64,000 nucleotides of DNA from Eledone cirrhosa (taxonomy: Eukaryota), in NCBI GenBank assembly GCA_964016885.1, contig OZ024741.1, positions 287,432,001-287,496,000 on the forward strand. Reading direction: 5' to 3'. Below the pieces are notes generated by a model. The model was given only the letters and a program-made list of their open reading frames with translations. It was not told the DNA's origin and ran no database searches. This document shows, in pieces, positions 54,299-64,000 of this stretch. The position numbers and the translations under genes are program-made. Position 1 is the stretch's first letter. Every line of letters starts with the position of its first letter.

Positions 54299-54743
54299 AA
54301 ATAAAGTCTGTGCATATACTTCCTATAGTATCCCTATATTATTTCTTTTTTAGTGTTATTACTTTGGCCTTTTTCCTGCTTTTATACACTCTCTGACTTT
54401 ATTCTTTATATACCCCTTCTTTTAAATCATTAATTTTGATTTTATCTGTAATTTTCTTATTATTATTAACACCCCATTTTCCTTCTTTTAAATATTTTAA
54501 AACGTCTTTAATTATCTCTTATATTTTCTACTTATTTATCACCCTTTCTTCATAGTTATGCCACTTATACCTACTTCTGGTTTCATATTTTCTCCATTTT
54601 TTTTTAAAGGTTAAATTCTTATATATTATTATTTTACTTACATCTCTAATATGTGGACAAGTATTCTTCAGGTTTTACAGTTGTTGTGGTCCCTATTTTC
54701 AGTGACAAGTATTTTTGAATTTTTCTGTTTATTTTTTCTTTTC

Positions 54744-54869
54744 GGCTCCGATGAGGAGACCATATCAAACTTTTCTTTTTATTATCATTTACTATTATCA
54801 ATTTTATAATCGATAATTATCATTTGAATGTGCAGAATACTGATATGGTTCCCGAAACATTTGTCAGCC
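54744..54869 (+). ncRNA. HHR variant (CCGATGA core, long stem II insert)
   Basis: GGCT CCGATGA GGAGACCATATCA..about 73 nt..TGATATGGTTCCC GAA ACATTTGT C AGCC, then ATTAAA. Confidence 0.75.
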
Positions 54870-54970
54870 ATTAAATATATTTGTTCAAGAATTTGGTATT
54901 ACATAATTATATACACACACACATATAATATATATATATCAGATCAAAAGATGGTTAAAAGAGTTCCAAG

Positions 54971-55041
54971 TATTTTATTATGCGCATTTCAAAAACAAAT
55001 ATCATCATGGGATGATATCTGCGTTCTCATCAGATAAAATA
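54971..55041 (-). ncRNA. Type I HHR
   Basis: Minus strand: TATTTTAT CTGATGA GAACGCAGATATCATC CCAT GATGATATTTGTTTTT GAA ATGCGCAT A ATAAAATA. Confidence 0.88.
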
Positions 55042-55230
55042 GGGATACATGATATGAAGCTTAAAAAACACTTGTGAATAGTGAAGTTTTAAATCAACAT
55101 ATGAAAAATAATTTAAGATTGATGTATGACATTGGGAAAAAGTGAGGGGGGGGGGGAAGTGCTACTTATCCGATATTTGCATTGCTTTATTGTGCTACAA
55201 TAAAACTCACCTCCTTCATTATATATATAT

Positions 55231-55316
<86 letters not shown>

Positions 55317-55568
55317 ATATATATATATATATACAAGTTTCTACATAACTTGGTATAATTTAACCCACCATGTTGAAATCTTACAATGAAATGATTCGTT
55401 TGGGAAATGAGATTTTTAATATATCTCATATAAAATAATACACCCAATTATCCACACAATACAATATAGTTAGCACTCCAACCGTTTAATTGTGAATATA
55501 CTCCGGCATTTCCTAATGTTTGTTGAGTGAGTTAGAAATTGGTGAGAGTATCGCTAATAGCTTTCTCC

Positions 55569-55632
<64 letters not shown>

Positions 55633-56082
55633 GTGTGTGTGTGTGTGTAATTACATTAACGTCGTTTTTAATTTTGTATTTTATTATTTATTTTTCCCTC
55701 TATTGCTGTTGTTAACAGTTATAATGAAAACTAGTGTAAATTCTGTTGCAATGTTACTCACAAAGAAACACCGAACAAGATTGTATTTCGATTGGTGTGG
55801 GCTGGGCAGCTGGTGAGGATGGAGTGCGGTAGTGAACCACTGTAATTAATTAAAAACTCCGTATATTCACTTTATTTTATATTAATTTTTTTTAATTAAT
55901 CTAGTTATTTATTTTGTTTATAATTAATTTACTTATTTAATTGCATTTTGGATTAGGTATTGAGGCCCTATTCTACAGTAATGAAATTGTAAGATATACT
56001 CATTAGCTCAAACAAATCTCTCTTTCGATTTTTTTCTGATTATTTTTTTGGTTTTTGTTTTTGTTTTTGTTTTTGTTTTTGT

Positions 56083-56113
<31 letters not shown>

Positions 56114-56307
56114 GTTTTTTTGCTTCCCGATATTTTATTTCTTTGAAAGTCAACAATTGTTTTATATCACTGTTATTAAATTGTTATTTCAGTTTTATTA
56201 TTTTATTTTTATTCGATTACATTTTTTTGTTATTTCATTTTATTTTTACTTCAGTTTTTGCTTTTTATTTTTTTTTTTTTTGGCTGTTCTGCTGATGTTG
56301 TTGTTAT

Positions 56308-56338
<31 letters not shown>

Positions 56339-56342
56339 TCTG

Positions 56343-56374
<32 letters not shown>

Positions 56375-57281
56375 ATTACTATTTTTATCCTAGGTCAATT
56401 TTTATCTAGCCGAGCGATTGTTTAAATACTAATGTTATTGTTTTCCTTTTTACTTCGTTGCATAATTATTTTTTGTTTGTCTTTTTAATGCTACCTGCAT
56501 TAAATATGTTAACACTGGTGTAACGTCTAGGATATCAGACTGATAGACATCTAGGCATCAAATATTGCCTCATAAGTACATATTTAGCTGTTCCACAGAA
56601 AAGAAGTGTTTATTAAATCAGAAAAGCCATATTTAGCTGGCCACAGAAAAAAAATATTTTTTTCAAATCAGAAATCCACATATTTAAAATGGCAGACTGG
56701 CAGATATTCAGACTATCGACAGTATCAAACCATCAGATATTCATAAAAACCAATAGTTAAGGATTCAATTTATAGTGTATTAAAAAAAGTTAACTAGAAA
56801 TAGTTATATGGTGAAGAAAATTAATGTGTTGTTTTACCGCTTAGTCTAACGGTAGAACAATGCCTATGACCTTTTTCATGTAGTTTGAAGACTATTAGGA
56901 GGGAGGAACATATATTCAAACAGGAGACCAGGCTGGAATGCTTGCATCGATAAAACTGACGACCGATTAAGTATGTGGCTCAAGTCAGCCACAGTGAGAT
57001 TTAATTCAGAACACAAAAAAAAAACAGATCAAATACTGCAAAGAATGTCGGATTTCTATTATTAAGAAATATGAACCCTCAATTACTAATTAGGATTTAA
57101 TATTACGGGAGAACATCGAATAAAATGAGTGAATTCTTTAGACATGACGCTAGATTAATCTAACACATTTAGTCTATATAAAAACAATTTAAAATCTTTC
57201 TATATAACCAGGCTGTGAGAATGATATCTATTCCATTCTTCCATAATTTCCAGAAATATCGAGATAGAGAAATGGAGTTAA

Positions 57282-57350
<69 letters not shown>

Positions 57351-57509
57351 CCATAAATGATTATTCATGGTGGTTCTAACTGATCTCACATAGAGTCTCT
57401 GTTCACCCACCGTATGTGAGTGGGTGTTACACATTCAGGAAGTGTGTCGGAATTAACGAAGAATTGTATTTTTATATGCACACTCATAAATATAATATAT
57501 AACTCTCCA

Positions 57510-57545
57510 TTTCCTGAAGAAGGACTTATGTTTGAAACGTCAAAC
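57510..57545 (+). ncRNA. Decayed minimal HHR
   Basis: CTGAAGA A GGAC TTAT GTTT GAA ACGT C; stem I weak. Confidence 0.5.
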
Positions 57546-57929
57546 CCTCTTCTACTTCCTCCTAAGCGGAATACTAATTGGACTTTGTGTCTTTGCATCT
57601 CTGTGTTTGTCGCTATTTCTTGAACTATATATATGTGTGGGTGTGCGTGTGTGTGTTTGGGAGTGTGGGGGGGGGGGGGGGGGGGGGTACTGTATAAATT
57701 CGTGTATCAGAAATTACGTACATGTCTTTTGGGATTTGGCTTTCTTACACCATTTACTAAACAGAAATCAAGATATAAATATAATTTCTGAAATCTCTAA
57801 TTTACTATACATAAACAAACTCTGAGTTTCTTAATCACAAAATAGGGAAAACCAGTTGAATATTGTTACTATGATTTATTAATGCACCATGCGGAAGTAT
57901 GACAGACAGTCGCAGATTATTTTCTTTTT

Positions 57930-58132
57930 GCAGTATTGGTAGAGCGTCGGACAACATGCTTCGCATCATAGAGTTACGCCATTTATTTCTGAGTTCAAAT
58001 TCCGCCAAGGTTACTCTTGCCTTTCATCCTTACGGGGTCGATAAAATAAAATACCTGTCACGCACTGGGGTCGGTTTTTATCGACTCCTCACCCTTTCAA
58101 ATTGCTAGCCTTGTGTCTGAAGTAGAAACAAT
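57930..58132 (+). mobile_element. tRNA-derived SINE
   Basis: Same family as 6236-6425; other copies or pieces near 14690, 33061, 37412, 46083, 49345, 50891. Confidence 0.85.
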
Positions 58133-60164
58133 TATTTTCTATACGCACATTGTTGATATGTGTTTTGTTCTCCTTAATAAGCTCTCAAACACATGTTTTA
58201 TGCCAGAAAATGCATTTGATACATTTAGAGTACAGATAAGATAGTGTGTACATGTCAGTTGTCCGGACTATGTTATGTATTTCGTTATTGCTTTTCATGA
58301 AGTTTAATATGTGTTGCTACAGGAGATGATTGAATGAATAAATTAGAATTATAGATATAGAGAATTGCAAGCTCATTAACATAGGTTAACGAAATATTAA
58401 TTATATTAATAATTCTCATGTATCCATTTAATTACCTCCAGGAAAAGATATATTTACACGAAGTTTCATGTGATTAATTACAAGGAAAATATATAAAGTT
58501 TTCTTTAAACATTTGGATACCTGATTACGGTTGACTTGGGGCTAAATACTAACAACAGCTATAACAACAAAAACAATACCATCTACAGCAATAGCAACAA
58601 CACATTAACTATGCAAGATTTTTTCATTCAAAATACATAATATAGATTTTCTTTTAATTTCTCCATTCCACCAGTAAGGCGACTTCCGTCCGAGTCCTAC
58701 TATACTCATTATTTTATTTTATTTCATATACTGTCTATATCGGAAAATTACTTCACTTTGTTTAAAGAAGAAATAAGATGTATGCAAAACGTACGACTCT
58801 TCCCGGCTGAAAATAGATTTTACAATATTTCTTATTCTCTGTTAATGATTCCCAAATGAACCAGCAGTCATATTAATTATTGTTGAAGTACATAACTTAA
58901 ACATCACTTATACTTTATAATTCTCTAGATAAATGTATTCCTGGCGGATAGAGAGTATTTGTGTACACCATTTTGTGAAGATGTTAACCAATAAAACCGA
59001 TAACACACGTAGCAATCTAATGCAAAAGATTCATTATATAATCACTCGAATAACTCAATATAACAACTAAACATCTTCAACTGTTATTGTAATAGTTCTT
59101 GGTGTTTAACCATAGATCATAGCTGATCGAGCAGTTATATGATCAAAGACATTCCAGTCATGAGCTTCCCATCATGTTTTGTTTTGTATACCAGAGATTG
59201 CATTATCTAATCTTTCTTAATATTCAAAGTGTAGGGTTTTAAAAGTATTTGGCTGCTATTTCTAGCATGTCTAGCAAATATCTAGAGGTGTCCTCATTCA
59301 CTCGTCTAAAGGTACTCGGTGATTGCTTCTTGCTTTTAAATGATGCCACACACATTAAGATCTTAATGTTAAGACAAAAGGCCCACAATAATAGAAAGAA
59401 TACCAACTACTTTAAATACTAGTCTGACATGGTCGACCGGGTTTCAAAGGTTTTGCAAATAAACTATTGAAAAAACAATCTGAGTTTTCATGAATGAAAT
59501 AGATATTCTCTTGTCTACTACTCCTCCGGACTAATAGGAGTCATTTAGGTGAAGGATTTGATAAAACACAAGTGTATAGCTGATTTGAACCACATAAAGG
59601 CCCCAAAGTGCTATAGAATAGCAAAACCTGAGCGGATCGTTCTAAACAGCATGAAACTATGCAACGTTCATGAAAACGAAACATTGTCTTGTGTAACGTA
59701 TCTGGTGTCTGGTGTATAATATGATGGACGCAAAATGTTCCAACGACTAGTGTTTTTGGTGGTTCGATCAATGGCATAACCTGCTTGTGAAAATAACGTG
59801 CAATTAGCTGAGTCTCTCACAGACACGTGTCCCCTTAACGTAGTTCTCAGGGGGATTAAGCGTGATACAAAGTGTGACAAGGTCCTTTGAATTTCAGATA
59901 TGAATAATTTTTGCAACTGAATAACATAAGAACACAAAGCTGAAGAACACAAAACACTGCCGGGAACCGAGGTCACGACCTTACGATCATGAGCTGAATA
60001 ACATGACAACTGAGCCAGGCTTGAGTGGTGAGTATTGCAGAGATCTTTCCCATGATAAAAAGAGCCTTTATATGATGAACGATAAATTCTTATGTCTCCC
60101 ACTCACTTCTGAAATAAATAAAAAATCTTCTCTAGATAATTTATACATATATTATAGTGTGTGT

Positions 60165-60600
60165 CATCATCATCATCATCATCATTTTACGTCCACTTTT
60201 CCCTGCTCGCAAGGGTGGGACGGGTCCTATTCAGCACAGATCTCTCCACTTGTCACGGTCCTTCGTCATCTCTTCTGTGAGCTTCGGCGATCTGAGGTCT
60301 GCTCTCACCACCTCCGCCCATGCTTTTCGTGGTCTACCTCTACTGCGTCTTCCTTCTACTGGGATTCCTTGGCACTTCTTTACCCAGCGGTCATTCTCCA
60401 TGCGCATCACATGTCCATACCATCTCAGTCTTCTCTCCTGCACACCACAACTTATCCCTCTTATACCCAGTTTCTCTCTCAACTCATCTATGCTTGGTCG
60501 TTCACGCACATTGACATTGCACATCCAACGGAGCATGCTTGCTTAATTTCTCTCCAGTCGTCGCATATCTTCTGTAGTTGCTGCCCATGTCTCAGTACCA
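60165..60600 (-). mobile_element. RTE LINE 3' fragment with (ATG)n tail
   Basis: MLRWMC..RRLRWYGHVMR..EG.RSRGRPRKAW..DRDKWR. Confidence 0.9.
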
Positions 60601-61119
60601 CTTTGCACTGAGTGTCGCACGAGGTATTTTTTTCCCTCGTATGATATTTAGTTACCTAATTTACCTCTAGGTTTGTTGCATATAATTTCTATCTCCTGTT
60701 GAGATCCTTAGGATTATCTGTTACAAACACAAATTTTACGGCGAAACTGACTACTTCTGTAATCTGTCCAGGAGATTAATAGTTATTGAAACGGTTTGTA
60801 CATTTTAATTCAATTTTTAAATATATTTTCCGTTTGCTTCATAGATTATATTCTTCATACCAAGGTAGTTTTCCAGCCCTCGTAATTATAAACACACATT
60901 ATAAGAAGCAAAGAAAATTTCAGTAAAAGATTTTCTGGTGGAAATTCAGGTAAACTCTGGGTGTACATCCAATTTGAAAATCCAACGAACGTGTGTGTGT
61001 TTGTGAGTGCATGTTGATTGATTGATTTTTTAAGACATTTTGCTCGGTTACTATTTTCTTAAAGGATACCTATTAATAAATAGTACAGCCAAAATAAGTA
61101 AATAACTTAAGTCCTCAAA

Positions 61120-61600
61120 ACAATGGTTACATGGTTCAATCTACCATTTGGTAGCAATGAGGATCTCAATCCTCTTGGGAAACTGCTTAAATTCAATTGA
61201 GATTCATTTCCGACATGTACGCAAGTATGATATACTATTTATCAAAATCAACGCTGAGTATATTCTGTTGCCTTCTGCAGTGTAGGAACAATAATAGCAA
61301 TAATACAAATGACAATCAGAGAACAATTAGCGTTGAGAACTCTTATGGTGCGAAATGTAGTTTCAACAAATCACACATTGAGGGGTGAATAACTGATGAT
61401 TAAATGAACAAGATAGAGAATTTATTAAGCAGTCATTTCCTGAATCATTCTAGCAACTTACGCCTCTTCCCAACCAAGTGTTATGTAATGGCCTTATCTA
61501 AATACATCTGGCTACTGAAGGAGAAAAGTGACAACAGCATCAATGAAGAATGGCTAGTTGTACAATGACAAATGCTACAGAAGAGGAGCAAAGGTATGTC
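61120..61600 (+). pseudogene. Highly decayed PLE fragment, second lineage
   Basis: VTWFNLPFGSN, IHFRH/HFP-like segment and LSKYIWLLKEK across broken frames, in the expected order. Confidence 0.5.
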
Positions 61601-61948
61601 AAAACTTAATATATTATCACTGTACAGTGTTTGTAAGTGTATAACAGAAAATTTTGAAATCGGAATATTTGTTTAGGTGTAGGAAACAGAATAATATTGG
61701 GTGTATCAAAATAATTTTTGAAATAGGATGATTAGATTTAATCAGTGAAGCCCAGATATCCTGGAAACTGTCCATTAAATATCCCAAAGCAAAATATCCT
61801 AAAAACATACATACGTACGTACATACATACACACATACATAGTTACATACATTCGTATATACAGGCATACACACATGCATACGTACATACATACATACAT
61901 ACATACATACATACATACATACATACATACATACATACATACATACAT

Positions 61949-62555
61949 GGTGGCTGCCAACTCGTTTTCGAGTACGGCCACTACTTTATATCCATGTAGG
62001 AGAACCCCTACCGATGCGCTGAACGAGTGTGACTTTTTAGTCCAGCCAGCGACTTGAAAACTCTGGTACAAACACTACACTTGTGACAATTATTGACACA
62101 TAGTGCTTTACCTTTGGTACCATGTGACGACAAGTGCAGAGAGATCTCCAGATACAAAGCAATGCCTGTGCCATGAAGCTTTTATAGTGAGCAAAGGCAC
62201 TGCACAAAGCCAGTCCCACTCTCTTAACCAAGATGATATTTACCAAAAAGAAGAACAAGTCAACATCATTGGATACCATCAGGGTTGCAGGTGTTATATC
62301 AGAGTTTTCCTTCTCCTAGAATTCTGCCTTGACAAAGGCTAAGGGGTCATCTCTCCCAGTGATTTTGGATGGCCATTGACTCTTAAGAGCTCCTTTGCCC
62401 TTTGACAGGTTTTGTTTTTAGTCCTGCAGGATGTCCAAAGTCACCCTCCTCACTAAGAAACCTTGGTGGGGTTGCCAGTTTAGTCGCCAACGACCCGACC
62501 ATGAGACAGGTTGTACTGGGATACATGTTACCAGTAGCACCAAGTGGTGACCTGA
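61949..62555 (-). mobile_element. Short RTE-derived non-autonomous element (longest copy) in (TACA)n
   Basis: Near-identical to 24133-24726. Confidence 0.8.
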
Positions 62556-62798
62556 CATACATACATACATACATACATACATACATACATACATACATAC
62601 ATACATACATACATACATACATACATACATGATGGCTGCCCCCTTGTTATCGAGTATGGCCATTGCACGAGAAAAAAACCCATAATAATAACAATAATAA
62701 TATTAAAAACAACAATAATAATAACGAGAACAACAATAATAATATACATATATATATATACACACACGCGCACACACATAAAGATATCTACACACACA

Positions 62799-62887
<89 letters not shown>

Positions 62888-62894
62888 ACACACG

Positions 62895-63428
62895 ATAGCA
62901 ATTAACAGCGCTGCGATCGAATGTGGCTTTTTAGCCCAGCCAATAATCTAAATGTCTTGCACAGAGTTGGCAACCAAAACATTCACTGGGAATAGTCGGC
63001 TGTGGTTGGAGTTAATGTACTTTTGCATGTCGCTTGAGTCCTCCTGCTGATTTACATTCTCTACCACATGCTTGGCAACCATGATGAGTAGCATCTCCAA
63101 CAACAGCCTGGTAGTCAACCACTGGTCTTACTTTATGACTGCGAAGATGACTTTCGAGACCAGCTTTGCTTAGGCAGAGTCTCGTACAGACGCTGCATGT
63201 CAGCACCATAGGAGGACCCTCGCCGTCTGGAAGTGCAACAGCAATGCCCTTCCTCCATCCGCTTTACTTTCTCGTATGCGATTCGAGATGCCTCAAAGGC
63301 AACTTTTACCTCATATACAGTCTTTCTCCATTTATTACGATCAGCAGCAATATTTTCCCATGTATCAGCAGAGATGTTAGCGCCTTTCAAAGAGGCTTTC
63401 AAGGAATCCTTATACCTCTTTTGGGTTT
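62895..63428 (-). pseudogene. RTE LINE C-terminal fragment with two C2H2 fingers
   Basis: [23 protein letters not shown]; CSVC..LESHLRSH; CQAC..LKRHAKVH. Confidence 0.85.
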
Positions 63429-63520
63429 ATGCATACATACATACATACATACATACATACATACATACATACATACATACATACATACATACATACATAC
63501 ATACATACATACATACATAC

Positions 63521-64000
63521 CTGATGTATAAGATGTATACAGCGTGCCTCAACCTATTCCTCCAAGATCACTGTGAAAATAATAACATCATCACAGATGA
63601 ACAAGCAGCTGGAAAGAAAAGGGTTTGGGGATGTGCTGAACAACTCCTAATCAACAAAACTGCGATGTCGGAGGTGCGACAACTTAGGAGGAATATGACT
63701 ACAGTCTGGCTGGAGTACAAGAAAGCTTTCGATTCTGTTCCCCACTCTTGGATGATAAAGGCCCTCCAACTTGCTAAAGTCCCAGACATTATTGTCAGAG
63801 CCATAGAGAGTCTGTCTTCTTCTTGGGCTACTATCCTAAGGTAAAAGACAGAGAGGGAGGACTCTATTTTCACTGATAAAATAAAATATTGCAGGGGTAT
63901 ATTTCAGGGGGACAGTCTCTCTGTGATATTATTCATCTTGTCATTAAACCCCTTGTCCTTTCTGCTCAAGAAATGTGAGGGATACACCATTGGCTCACAG
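63521..64000 (+). pseudogene. R4/Dong-type RT fragment in (TACA)n, runs off window
   Basis: EQAAGK..GCAEQLLINK..YKKAFDSVPH..GIFQGDSLS; homologous to 20520-20960. Confidence 0.9.

Overview
Eukaryotic, AT-rich, microsatellite-saturated repeat DNA. The tRNA-SINE families and the (TA)n/(TG)n/(TACA)n landscape suggest an octopod cephalopod; this is inferred, not verified. No host gene can be supported. Most of the ORF track is microsatellite artefact, and the real coding signals are retroelement remnants. These are a near-intact Neptune-type Penelope-like element (PLE; RT + GIY-YIG, one frameshift, 25224-28832 minus), two decayed PLEs of a second lineage, R4/Dong-type RLE LINEs in (TACA)n, several RTE LINEs, Tc1/mariner, hAT and Helitron pieces, and many SINEs. 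The main hidden structure is a dense population of minimal type I hammerhead ribozyme (HHR) motifs: about 20 look intact by eye and about 10 more are decayed. They sit in short non-coding modules, unrelated in primary sequence, that are bounded by (TA)n and often folded back as inverted repeats. They include a 5 x 466 bp near-identical retrozyme-like tandem array (2963-5308), a U3-A8 core variant in the pseudo-LTR of the PLE and its fold-back derivative, and a recurrent CCGAnGA variant with very long stem II inserts. Together these look like a PLE-driven, (TA)n-targeted system of non-autonomous ribozyme-bearing elements. All folds and homologies were read by eye; activity and family assignments need computational and biochemical confirmation.
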